Positions 34,596 to 43,360 of a DNA stretch of 64,000 nt are shown here, in pieces. The notes beneath the pieces were generated by a model. The model was not told the DNA's origin. It saw only the letters and a list, made by a program, of their open reading frames with translations, and searched no databases. Position numbers and translations under genes: made by a program. The stretch is from Alphaproteobacteria bacterium UBA2784 (GTDB taxonomy: Bacteria; Pseudomonadota; Alphaproteobacteria; Micropepsales; Micropepsaceae): positions 480 to 64,479 of the forward strand of contig DEIC01000011.1 of assembly GCA_002352285.1 (NCBI GenBank), in the 5' to 3' direction. The first letter of the stretch is position 1. The number at the start of each line of letters is the position of its first letter.

Positions 34596-34744
34596 CGCCT
34601 CCGCCCGCAACTTGTTGCGGGGGTGAGCGAAGCGCAAGGCGATGCGATTGCATCGCGGGTGGGGGGAATCGATGGCAAAGGAGTGCCCCCACCCGGATCG
34701 CAAGTGCGATCCGACCTCCCCCGCAAGAAGATTGCGGAGGAGGT
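34596..34744 (+). repeat. five-hairpin intergenic repeat, subfamily 2
   Basis: Same module order as the 43361 copy. It ends in GACCTCCCCCGCAAGAAGATTGCGGAGGAGGT. Confidence 0.85.
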
Positions 34745-34796
34745 TGAAGAAGAGTCCCTCTTGCCGCCATCGCCACCACCCGCAACACTTAACCCC

Positions 34797-35294
34797 ATGA
34801 CCCCGGAACTCCTCAGCCTCGCGGCACGTGCAGGCGCGCTTCTGAAAGCACAAGGCACACGCATTGCCGTTGCTGAAACCTCTTCGGGCGGATTGATCTC
34901 GGCCGCCTTGCTGACCGTGCCGGGCGCAAGTGCATACTTTGCAGGCGGCGCCATTCCCTATTCAGCGCGCGGCGTGCGCGGTGTCATGGGGCTGTCGCTT
35001 GATGACATTCGTGCGCAAGGCATCCGCTCATCCAGCGAGCCTTATGCACTTCTGCTGGCTGAAACGATCCGCGTGCGCCACGGCGCGAACGTGACGTGGG
35101 GATTGGCAGAGACAGGCGCTGCAGGGCCGTCTGGTAACCCCTATGGCGATCCGGCAGGCCACACTTGTGTGGCCGTTTCCGGCCCGCGTGAAATGGTCAG
35201 AACCATCCGCACCGGCAGCAATGACCGCGCGGCGAACATGATCGCATTTGCTGCAGCAGCGCTGTTGCTTCTGGAGGAAACGCTGACGGCTTAG
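34797..35294 (+). CDS. CinA family protein (nicotinamide-nucleotide amidohydrolase PncC-like)
   Basis: IAVAETSSGGLISAALLTVPGASAYFAGG signature. ATG at 34797; the called ORF extends upstream through the repeat. Confidence 0.8.
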   Translation: MTPELLSLAARAGALLKAQGTRIAVAETSSGGLISAALLTVPGASAYFAGGAIPYSARGVRGVMGLSLDDIRAQGIRSSSEPYALLLAETIRVRHGANVTWGLAETGAAGPSGNPYGDPAGHTCVAVSGPREMVRTIRTGSNDRAANMIAFAAAALLLLEETLTA

Positions 35295-36409
35295 CCCGCC
35301 AGCGCATCATCCGCACTGATCGAAGTAAGATTGAGCGCCTCGGCAACGGCGGCGTAGGTCAGCCTGCCGTGATGCACATTGAGGCCCGCCTTCAGATGCG
35401 GGTTCTCGCGGCAGGCGCGCTTGTAGCCCTTGTCGGCGAGCTGCAGCGTGAAGGGCAGGGTTGCGTTGTTGAGCGCAAACGTCGAGGTGCGCGCAACTGC
35501 ACCCGGCATGTTCGCCACGCAGTAATGCACCACATTGTCCACCACATAGGTGGGATGCGCATGCGTCGTCGCCTTGGAGGTTTCCGAGCAGCCGCCCTGA
35601 TCGATGGCAACATCCACAATCACCGAACCCGGCTTCATGTGACGCACCATATTGGCGGTCAGGAGTTTCGGCGCGCTGGCGCCGGGCACCAGAACCGCAC
35701 CAATCACAAGGTCAGCGCCCAGCACATGTTCTTCAATCGCATCAAGTGTGGAGAAGATGGTGTTGAGCTTCGCGCCAAACTGCTGGTCGAGTTCGGCAAG
35801 GCGCGGCAGCGATTTGTCGAGCACGGTCACATGCGCCTCAAGTCCCATCGCCATGCGCGCGGCATTGGCGCCGACAACGCCGCCACCGATGATGACGACT
35901 TTGGCCGCAGCCACACCCGGCACGCCGCCCAGCAGCATGCCACGGCCACCCTGATACATTTCAAGACAATGCGCGCCTGCCTGGATCGACATGCGGCCCG
36001 CGACCTCCGACATCGGCGCCAGCAGCGGCAGGCCGCCGCGCGCGTCCGTCACGGTCTCATAGGCGATGGCAACGCATTTCGATTTGATCAGCGCATGCGT
36101 CTGCTCGGGATCCGGCGCCAGATGCAGATAGGTGAAAAGCACCTGACCCTCGCGCAGCATCGCGGTTTCAGAGGGCTGCGGCTCCTTCACCTTCACGATC
36201 ATGTCGGCGCGCGCGAAAACGGTCTTCGCGTCGGGCACGATTTCAGCGCCTGCCGTGCGATACATGTGATCGGTCAGGCCGATGCCTGCGCCTGCGCCCT
36301 CTTGCACGATGACCTTGTGGCCATGCGCGATCACTTCGCGCACCGAACCCGGCGTCATGCCGACGCGGTATTCGTGGACCTTGATCTCCTTGGGCACACC
36401 GAGAAGCAT
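35291..36409 (-). CDS. ald: alanine dehydrogenase
   Basis: [17 protein letters not shown]..., GGGVVG Rossmann block. GGAG SD 6 nt before ATG 36409. Confidence 0.92.
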   Translation of the reverse strand: MLLGVPKEIKVHEYRVGMTPGSVREVIAHGHKVIVQEGAGAGIGLTDHMYRTAGAEIVPDAKTVFARADMIVKVKEPQPSETAMLREGQVLFTYLHLAPDPEQTHALIKSKCVAIAYETVTDARGGLPLLAPMSEVAGRMSIQAGAHCLEMYQGGRGMLLGGVPGVAAAKVVIIGGGVVGANAARMAMGLEAHVTVLDKSLPRLAELDQQFGAKLNTIFSTLDAIEEHVLGADLVIGAVLVPGASAPKLLTANMVRHMKPGSVIVDVAIDQGGCSETSKATTHAHPTYVVDNVVHYCVANMPGAVARTSTFALNNATLPFTLQLADKGYKRACRENPHLKAGLNVHHGRLTYAAVAEALNLTSISADDALAG

Positions 36410-36469
36410 GGGCAACTCCTGCTGGAATCCGGATGACGGGGCGAAATCTGGCGCGATGCTTGGCTTAGA

Positions 36470-37813
36470 TCAGGTCAGCCGGTCAAGCGCCCGGCGCAGG
36501 CCCGCCACCAGCCGGTCGATTTCGTCGGGCGATACGATCAGCGGGGGCGAAAATGCCATCGTATCCCCCGCCACGCGCAACATCATGTCTTCCTCGAAGA
36601 AGAGAGCCTTCATGGTCTCAAACCCGCGTGCAGCCGGAGCGCCCGGGCGCGGCTCAATGTCCACCGCCGCCGCCAGACCCTGATTCCTGATATCGGCGAC
36701 AAGGGGATGACCCTTGAGCGAATGCACAGCTTCCTCGAAATGCGGCTCCAGTTTTCGCGCGCGTTCAAACAATCCCTCATCCCGGTAAAGATCGAGCGTT
36801 GCGATCGCAGCATAGGTCGCCAGCGGATGGCCGGAATAGGTATAGCCGTGGAAGAGTTCGATCACCTGATCGGGCCGCTTGGGATCATCCGAAACAAAGG
36901 TCTCATAGATCTGCCGGGAGGCGATCACGCCGCCCATCGGCACCGCGCCCGAGGTGACACCCTTGGCAAAGGTAATCATGTCCGGGATCACGTCCATGCG
37001 CTCGGCGGCGAACGCAGCGCCCAGACGGCCAAAGCCGGTAATCACCTCATCAAAGATGAGAAGAATGCCGTGCTTTGTACAGATCTCGCGCAGGCGCTTG
37101 AGATAGCCCTTGGGCGGCGGCACCACGCCGGTTGATCCCGCCATCGGCTCCACGATCACGGCCGCGATGGTTGAGGCATCATGCAGCGTCACCAGCCGCT
37201 CCAGCTCATCGGCAAAATGCGCGCCATACTCGGGTTCGCCTTTCGAGAAGCGCTGATGCTCCCGGTCATAGGTGGTGCGGATGTGATCAACGCCCGGGAG
37301 CATCGCGGGCCCGAACATTTTCCGGTTGTTGAGAATGCCGCCCACCGACATGCCGCCAAAGCCGACGCCGTGATAGCCGCGCTCGCGCCCGATCATGCGG
37401 ATGCGGGAGCCTTCGCCGCGCACACGATGCCAGGCGAGGGCGATTTTCAGCGCCGTATCTGCCGCCTCTGATCCCGAATTGGCAAAGAACACGTGGTCAA
37501 GCCCCGGCGGCGCCAATGCGGCGATGCGGGCAGCGGCTTCAAACGCCGTTGGATGACCGAACTGAAAGCCCGGGGCGTAATCAAGCTCGGCAGCCGCGCG
37601 CGCGATGGCATCGGCAATCGGCTTTCGGCAATGGCCCGCATTGGCGCACCACAGGCCCGCCGCGCCATCAAGAATTTTGCGGCCTTTGGTGTCGAAATAG
37701 TACATGCCTTCGGCGCGTGCGATCATGCGCGGGTTGCGCTTGAACTCGCGGTTGGGCGTGAACGGCATCCAATAGGCGTCAAGCGCATTGGTGCTGCGGG
37801 CAGGGCTTGTCAT
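36470..37813 (-). CDS. class III aminotransferase (omega-amino acid/beta-alanine--pyruvate transaminase-like)
   Basis: 447 aa; DEVITGFGR, TFAKGVTSG (PLP-Lys), YWMPFT N-terminal block. Confidence 0.85.
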   Translation of the reverse strand: MTSPARSTNALDAYWMPFTPNREFKRNPRMIARAEGMYYFDTKGRKILDGAAGLWCANAGHCRKPIADAIARAAAELDYAPGFQFGHPTAFEAAARIAALAPPGLDHVFFANSGSEAADTALKIALAWHRVRGEGSRIRMIGRERGYHGVGFGGMSVGGILNNRKMFGPAMLPGVDHIRTTYDREHQRFSKGEPEYGAHFADELERLVTLHDASTIAAVIVEPMAGSTGVVPPPKGYLKRLREICTKHGILLIFDEVITGFGRLGAAFAAERMDVIPDMITFAKGVTSGAVPMGGVIASRQIYETFVSDDPKRPDQVIELFHGYTYSGHPLATYAAIATLDLYRDEGLFERARKLEPHFEEAVHSLKGHPLVADIRNQGLAAAVDIEPRPGAPAARGFETMKALFFEEDMMLRVAGDTMAFSPPLIVSPDEIDRLVAGLRRALDRLT

Positions 37814-37910
37814 GGCGCAGGTCTCTGGCAGTGTGCAAAGGATCGTGGAAGCCTAGACCATCGGCACGCATGTTGCGAAGCGGCAAACGGCAGGACGCGA
37901 AGGGGGGGCG

Positions 37911-38780
37911 ATGAGTGACGCAGGCGAAAGGCTGAAAGCGCTGCTGGCCAAAGGTTGCGTCACCGCGCCCGGCGCCTATGACGGCCTGTCGGCGCGGCTC
38001 GCGGCCCAGGCCGGATTTGAGGCGGTCTATATGACCGGCTTTGGCGTCGCCGGATCGCTGCTGGGCAAGCCCGACATCGGCCTTGTCAGCGCCAGCGAGA
38101 TGATGGAGCGCGTCTGCGTGCTGGCCGAAGCCGCATCGCCTGCACTGCTGATTGCGGACGGCGACAATGGTCATGGCGGCGTGCTCAACGTCGCCGAACT
38201 TGTGCGGTCCTACGAGGCATCGGGTGCAGCAGCGATCCAGATCGAAGATCAGGTAATCCCCAAACGCTGCGGTCATATGGAAGGCAAGGAACTTGTGCCG
38301 GTTGCCGAGGCCGCCGCAAAAATCCGCGCGGCATGTGCGGCGCGACGCTCGTCCCACTTCCAGATCATTGCGCGGACGGATGCGCGTGCGGTGGAGGGGT
38401 TCGAGGCAGCGCTGGTGCGCGCCCGCGCCTATCGCAAGGCGGGCGCCGACATCATCTTTGTCGAGGCGCCGCGCGGCATCGACGAATTGCGCGCAATTGT
38501 GGATGCATTTCCCGGCGTGCCGCTGATGGCCAACATGGTCGAAGACGGCAAAACGCCGATGCTGTCAGCAGGCCAGCTGGCCGCGATGGGCTATCGTCTC
38601 GTGATCTTTCCGGTTTCAGCCCTGTTGCGCGCAGCGCAGGCGCTCGCCGACACCTATGCCGAGATCAGATCAGAGGGCCGGCCGCATGAAGAAGCGCCGC
38701 GCTTCACCTTTGATGGCTACAACGCCGCACTTGGCCTGCGCGAACTTCTGGCACAGGCGAAGAAGTTTGAGGGGGAATAA
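37911..38780 (+). CDS. isocitrate lyase/PEP mutase family protein (methylisocitrate lyase / oxaloacetate decarboxylase-like)
   Basis: IADGDNGHG, IQIEDQVIPKRCGHMEGK, IIARTDA blocks. Confidence 0.8.
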   Translation: MSDAGERLKALLAKGCVTAPGAYDGLSARLAAQAGFEAVYMTGFGVAGSLLGKPDIGLVSASEMMERVCVLAEAASPALLIADGDNGHGGVLNVAELVRSYEASGAAAIQIEDQVIPKRCGHMEGKELVPVAEAAAKIRAACAARRSSHFQIIARTDARAVEGFEAALVRARAYRKAGADIIFVEAPRGIDELRAIVDAFPGVPLMANMVEDGKTPMLSAGQLAAMGYRLVIFPVSALLRAAQALADTYAEIRSEGRPHEEAPRFTFDGYNAALGLRELLAQAKKFEGE

Positions 38781-38800
38781 TCAACAACTGACTTTCCCTT

Positions 38801-38955
38801 GCGCCTCCGCGCGCGCGATCACGCGCGGGGGAGGCCAGCGATGCGCTTGCATCGCGGGTGGGGGAAATCGGCAGACAACATGGGCCCCCACCCGGATTTG
38901 AGTTCGCATCGCTCACTCAAATCCGACCTCCCCCGCAAGAAATTACGGAGGAGGT
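38801..38955 (+). repeat. five-hairpin intergenic repeat, subfamily 2
   Basis: GCGCCTCCGCGCGCG...CGCGCGGGGGAGGCC; AGCGATGCGCTTGCATCGC; GGGTGGGGG...CCCCCACCC; GGATTTGAGT...ACTCAAATCC; GACCTCCCCCGCAAG...CGGAGGAGGT. Confidence 0.85.
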
Positions 38956-39020
38956 GGAAGAGATGGCCGAAACCGAAAGTCTCCCCGAGGGGAGAGGAAA
39001 CGAGCTAGTGACGTTTGCCC

Positions 39021-39485
39021 TCAATGATACCGCACGTAGCGGATCAGATGGCGGCTGCCTTTGACGATGTAGGTATTGCCATTGCGCTTGTAGCACATGG
39101 TGGCGCCAATCAGCGCGGGGCGGCCGCGGTGATAGCCATACTTCGACACGGGGATGCATTCGCGCCCGTGGCGATAGCGGCGATGATGCCGGTCCCAGTT
39201 GAAGTAGGTGGGTTCCGCATACCAGTGACCGAACCAGCGGTCGGCATGATCCCAGCGCGAGTGGCGGTCCCAGCGGTCGCGGCGGTGATAATTGTGACGG
39301 TTGTGCCGCCAGTAATCATCGTGGCCGCTGTCGATATAGATGCCGAACTCATCCGGCCCGATATAGATGGCAAAGTTGCCGTCGTCGTGGCGGTCGTGAT
39401 GGCCACGCCGCGCTTCGGCCTCGCCGGCAACGGTGCCCACCGCCATCATCAGGCCAAGGGCAAGGGCTGCAATAATCCGTGTCAT
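39021..39485 (-). CDS. secreted His/Arg/Asp/Trp/Tyr-rich protein, hypothetical
   Basis: Signal peptide MTRIIAALALGLMMAVGTVAGEAEA. AAGGGAGA SD. Mature part RRGHHDRHDDG...WRHNRHNYHRRDRWDRHSRWDHADRW... Confidence 0.6.
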   Translation of the reverse strand: MTRIIAALALGLMMAVGTVAGEAEARRGHHDRHDDGNFAIYIGPDEFGIYIDSGHDDYWRHNRHNYHRRDRWDRHSRWDHADRWFGHWYAEPTYFNWDRHHRRYRHGRECIPVSKYGYHRGRPALIGATMCYKRNGNTYIVKGSRHLIRYVRYH

Positions 39486-39613
39486 GGTTGTCTCCCTTCT
39501 GGACGGGGGTCAGAAAGCCCGTTGGGCAGCGCAACGCCGCGCGACCCGCAAGGTTAACCATTAGGGAATCGGGAGCCTGAACCTCACCTGAACGGATGGT
39601 TCAGGGTCGGCGT

Positions 39614-40681
39614 TCAGCCAAAACAGGCGACAGCCGCGCGCATGAAATCGCGCACGGGATCGCGGAAATCGCCGATGGAGTCGCCATGACGCACAACGAT
39701 CAGATCAAGCCGCGGCACACAGACAATGTACTGGCCGCCATAACCATTGGCGCTGAATGAGCCCGGCCCGCCAAGGCCCAGCCACCAATGCGCGCCATAG
39801 CCCATGGGCTCGCTCTCGGGCACCCAGGGCGTGGGCGTGCGCGCATCATCGACCCATTGACGGTCAAGAAGCTGTGCACCGTTCCAGACGCCGCCACGCA
39901 GATAGAGCAGGCCAAAGCGCGCAAAATCGCGCGCCGTCATGAAGCAATAGGACGAGCCGATGAATGTGCCCGCCGCATCGAATTTGGGAACGGCGCTGGT
40001 AATCCCCAAAGGCTTGAAAAGGAGCCGCGCCATGAAGTCGCGCATGCCTGCCTCGCCACCGCCCACAAACTGACCGATCGCGCGCGCCAGAATGTTTGAC
40101 GTGCCGCTGGCATAATTGAAATGCGTGTTGGGCGCATGGATCAGCGGCAGTGAAGCGGCATAGCGCGCCACATCTTCCTTGCCCGATCCGAACAGCATTT
40201 CGATGACGTCAGACTTGTTGCCCTGGACATATTCCTCGACAAACTCAAGCCCGCTCGACATGCGCAACAACTGCGCCCAGGTAAGCGAACGCCGCGGATC
40301 ACCCGGCTCTTGCCACTCCGGCGCATCAATCGGCGCGTTGATGTCGAGCTTGCCCTCCGCCCACAGAAACCCGGCCAGAGCCTGTGTGATGCTCTTGGCC
40401 ATCGACCATGAGGGAAAGGTTGATTGCGCCGTCCATGGACCGCCCGCATAGCGCTCCAGGACCAGACGCCCGTGCTGGATCGCAAGAAATGCGTGCGTCT
40501 CGGAAAGACGCGCGCGTCCCGCATCCGAGAACGCGTCATCAAGCAGCGCGTGAAGCCGTTTTGTGTCGGTGCCGGCCGAAGGGGATCCGGTGGGCCAGTC
40601 TGCGCCCGGCCATGCCGTGCCCTGGGGCTGGGTCGGCAAAGGCGGCAATGCGCAAGCCGGGACGCTCGCAGAAAGGCTCAT
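39614..40681 (-). CDS. serine hydrolase, beta-lactamase/transpeptidase-like family
   Basis: S-x-x-K motif in FPSWSMAKSITQ. 355 aa. Starts 9 nt after the Crp-family gene. Confidence 0.75.
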   Translation of the reverse strand: MSLSASVPACALPPLPTQPQGTAWPGADWPTGSPSAGTDTKRLHALLDDAFSDAGRARLSETHAFLAIQHGRLVLERYAGGPWTAQSTFPSWSMAKSITQALAGFLWAEGKLDINAPIDAPEWQEPGDPRRSLTWAQLLRMSSGLEFVEEYVQGNKSDVIEMLFGSGKEDVARYAASLPLIHAPNTHFNYASGTSNILARAIGQFVGGGEAGMRDFMARLLFKPLGITSAVPKFDAAGTFIGSSYCFMTARDFARFGLLYLRGGVWNGAQLLDRQWVDDARTPTPWVPESEPMGYGAHWWLGLGGPGSFSANGYGGQYIVCVPRLDLIVVRHGDSIGDFRDPVRDFMRAAVACFG

Positions 40682-40689
40682 CGTCGTGC

Positions 40690-41505
40690 TCAGCCGTTGG
40701 CAGCGGCCCGCTCGGGTTCAGCCGGGCCGTCGCCCGCGCGCTCGCACAGTTTCTCAAGCTTGGCGACCTGGCGGATATAGAGCGTCTTCGACTTGCGCTC
40801 GACAATGCCATCCGACTGAAGCTGCGAGAGCACGCGCGCCACCGTTTCGCGCGTGGTGGAGGCAAGGGCCGCAATCTGCGCCTGCGTCGGCAACGGATAG
40901 ATGATCCACGAGCCGTTGCGCACCGGATCAGGCCGCTTGAGCTTGAGCAGCTCCAGATAGACGCGCTGATAGGCCGACAGCGTGGCCAGGTCGAGAATGC
41001 GCTGATCGCACGAGCGGATGATGCGCGTCAGCTTTTCCATGACCGCAAAGGCAACGCGCGCGTCAGACAAGAGCACATCGCGGAACGTCGTCTGCGGCAG
41101 GATGGCGAGCTTGCACTCGTCAATCGCCACAACGCTGGCCGAGCGCGCGCCGCCATCAATCGCCGACAACTCGCCGAAGAACGAACCGGCGGAAGCCGTC
41201 GCGTAGGCAACTTCGCGGCCACCCGTTGAATAGTTGACGATGCGCACCTGACCCGACAGCACGAAGAACACATCCGTTGTGCGGCTGTCGCGGCTCATCA
41301 ACTCTTCTTCCGGTTCCGCATGGCGGATGACGGCACTTTTTTCGATCAGCATCTTCACCGCCGGAGACACGTTGGCGAAGAGCGGGAAGTTGGCGAGCGA
41401 GATGGCAGGCGCGGCCGGGACCTCCTGCGGCACCACGCCCACCATCGGGCGCGCATGCGCAAGCTGCTCGTTGTTTGTGATATCGTTCACAGTCATAATC
41501 CCCAT
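40690..41505 (-). CDS. Crp/Fnr family transcriptional regulator (CRP-type recognition helix)
   Basis: cNMP-binding beta-roll (FGELSAIDGGARSASVVA) and C-terminal HTH ASTTRETVARVLSQLQSDGIV with the R-E-x-x-x-R pattern. Confidence 0.85.
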   Translation of the reverse strand: MGIMTVNDITNNEQLAHARPMVGVVPQEVPAAPAISLANFPLFANVSPAVKMLIEKSAVIRHAEPEEELMSRDSRTTDVFFVLSGQVRIVNYSTGGREVAYATASAGSFFGELSAIDGGARSASVVAIDECKLAILPQTTFRDVLLSDARVAFAVMEKLTRIIRSCDQRILDLATLSAYQRVYLELLKLKRPDPVRNGSWIIYPLPTQAQIAALASTTRETVARVLSQLQSDGIVERKSKTLYIRQVAKLEKLCERAGDGPAEPERAAANG

Positions 41506-41607
41506 TGTACACCCGTTACAAAGACTGCTTCGCCGGAACTTCGTTGGAATTGCTGGCGAAGCAGCCAACCCAACGCGGGCATCCTCCCACTTTCGCGAGT
41601 GTCACAA

Positions 41608-41623
41608 TGTGACGAAAATCACA
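41608..41623. promoter_or_regulatory. CRP-type binding site TGTGA-CGAAAA-TCACA upstream of the Crp-family gene
   Basis: Both half sites match the CRP consensus TGTGA-N6-TCACA perfectly. An extra TCACA at 41602-41606 forms GTCACA-A-TGTGAC. The site is about 100 bp upstream of ATG 41505. Confidence 0.65.
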
Positions 41624-41724
41624 TTACCTGATAACATGGACCGGCGCAAGAACTTGCCCCACACCGGCCCTAACACCTTGAATCGGCAGCGCACTCGGTC
41701 TGCCGCCGCCGCCAATAACCCCAA

Positions 41725-42498
41725 TCAGGAAATGGTCTGGCCGCCGTCGGCGACAAGGGCCTGGCCCGTCATGAAGGCACCCGCCCGTGAAGCGAGCATG
41801 ACAGCAAGCCCTGCAATCTCATCGGGCTCGCCAATGCGCTTCAAGGGTGCGGTATCGGTCGCGCGCTTCAGAATGTCGGGGTTCTCCCACAGATAGCGCG
41901 CAAAGTCGGTGCGGATGAGGCCCGGCGCAATCGCATTCGCCCGGATGTTATAGGGGCCGTATTCAACCGCGATATTGCGCGCGAGCTGGAAGTCCGCCGC
42001 TTTGGAGATGCAGTAGGCGCCCAGAATGGGTGAACCCCGAAGGCCGCCAATCGACGACACGATGATGATCGCGCCATCTTTGCGCGCCTTCATCTCCGGG
42101 ATCACCATATTGGCGAGCCAAACATTTGAACGCACATTCGACGCCATGATCTTGTCGAACGCATCGTCCGGGCAATCGGCCATGGAGCCTGCGTAAGGGT
42201 TGACCGCTGCGTTGCACACCAGCACGTCGATCTTGCCGAAATGCGCGCGCGTCTTGTCCACCAGCGCCTGCAGCTGATCCTTGTGCGAGATGTTGCAGGG
42301 GATCGTGACCGCGTGACCAGGATATCTGGCATTGATCGCCGCCGTCACCGCATCGCAGGCGTCTGCCTTGCGGCTGGAAACGACGACTTTGGCGCCATGC
42401 TGGGCCATGCGCTCAACAATCGACTTGCCGATGCCGCGCGATGAACCGGTGACAAGCGCCACCTTGCCCGTAAGGTCGAAAAGCGAATTCTCGTTCAT
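41725..42498 (-). CDS. SDR family oxidoreductase
   Basis: TGSSRGIG cofactor motif, YCISKAA catalytic motif. Start at ATG 42498 (MNENSLFDLTGKVALV); the called ORF is over-extended. Confidence 0.88.
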   Translation of the reverse strand: MNENSLFDLTGKVALVTGSSRGIGKSIVERMAQHGAKVVVSSRKADACDAVTAAINARYPGHAVTIPCNISHKDQLQALVDKTRAHFGKIDVLVCNAAVNPYAGSMADCPDDAFDKIMASNVRSNVWLANMVIPEMKARKDGAIIIVSSIGGLRGSPILGAYCISKAADFQLARNIAVEYGPYNIRANAIAPGLIRTDFARYLWENPDILKRATDTAPLKRIGEPDEIAGLAVMLASRAGAFMTGQALVADGGQTIS

Positions 42499-42655
42499 GT
42501 GGGGCCTTTCCCGGGATTTTGTGACTGGCCGGCGTTGGCAGGCCATCGCGTCAATGTGGTAGAATGGCCTGATTATAGCGGTGGCAAGCGCCCATCTGGC
42601 AACTGCCCCCGCAAGGCTTTTCACGAACGGCATTCTGTCAGAGAGGATCCCCCCA

Positions 42656-43336
42656 ATGACCACCCTTTCCCGCAAGCTCATCGTGACCGCAACCTCGGCC
42701 GCCTTCCTGCTGGCCGCTTGCACTACAAAGAACCCGTACACGGGCGAGGAAGAGACCTCGAACACCACGCGCGGCGCACTCATCGGCGCACTCGGCGGCG
42801 CCCTCGTCGGCGCGCTGACGAACACGTCAAGCGGCAAGCAGTCGGCGCGCAATGCCCTGATCGGGGCCGGAATCGGGGCGCTGGCGGGCGGCGCCGTCGG
42901 CTATTACATGGACGAGCAGGAAGCCAAGCTGCGCGAGCGCCTGCGCAATGCGGGCGTCAGCGTCACGCGCAACGGCGACAACATCATCCTCAACATGGAA
43001 AATGCGATCCTGTTCGAGCTTGGTTCATCCGAGCTCAGCCGCGAGGCGCGCGAGATCATCCGCTCGGTCTCCTTTGTGCTCAACGAATATGACCAGACGA
43101 TTGTCGAGGTCTCGGGCTTTACCGACACAACCGGCACGGAAGAGTTCAACCAGAACCTGTCAGAAGAGCGCGCCGCGGCAGTGGCCGAGCGCCTGATCCG
43201 CTTTGAAGTGATGCCCCAGCGGCTCATCGTGCGCGGTTATGGCGAAACGCGCCTGAAAATCCGCACGCGCGACGGCGTGGACGAGCCCCGCAACCGTCGC
43301 GTCGAGATCGAGATTTCGCCGCTGACGATGAACTGA
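42656..43336 (+). CDS. OmpA family lipoprotein with glycine-zipper region
   Basis: Lipobox LLAAC, GALIGALGGALVGA zipper, OmpA_C block FTDTTGTEEFNQNLSEERAAAV...NRRVEI. Confidence 0.85.
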   Translation: MTTLSRKLIVTATSAAFLLAACTTKNPYTGEEETSNTTRGALIGALGGALVGALTNTSSGKQSARNALIGAGIGALAGGAVGYYMDEQEAKLRERLRNAGVSVTRNGDNIILNMENAILFELGSSELSREAREIIRSVSFVLNEYDQTIVEVSGFTDTTGTEEFNQNLSEERAAAVAERLIRFEVMPQRLIVRGYGETRLKIRTRDGVDEPRNRRVEIEISPLTMN

Positions 43337-43360
43337 GGATAGGGGCGCGCACAACCTTTC

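Noticed and set aside
38799-39008. Short ORFs inside the repeat copies with recurring peptides such as RLHRGWG, CIAGGG and PPPGSQVRSDLPR. Examples are 28605-28961, 34532-34747, 38799-39008, 43224-43565, 47470-47781 and 59516-59821.
   Set aside because: The similarity is a by-product of the conserved DNA hairpin stems. The frames and strands differ between copies and the variable loops break any consistent protein. They are treated as an annotation hazard, not as genes.
39015-39557. Plus-strand 180-aa ORF with Val/Ala/Ile runs opposite the His-rich protein gene.
   Set aside because: The minus-strand gene has a canonical signal peptide and an AAGGGAGA SD at correct spacing. The plus-strand ORF has neither, and its hydrophobic runs mirror the His/Arg/Asp codons.
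39568-39597. Hairpin CCTGAACC-N14-GGTTCAGG downstream of the serine hydrolase gene, considered as a terminator.
   Set aside because: The 8-bp stem has a large loop and no following T tract on the minus strand, so it is not convincing as an intrinsic terminator.
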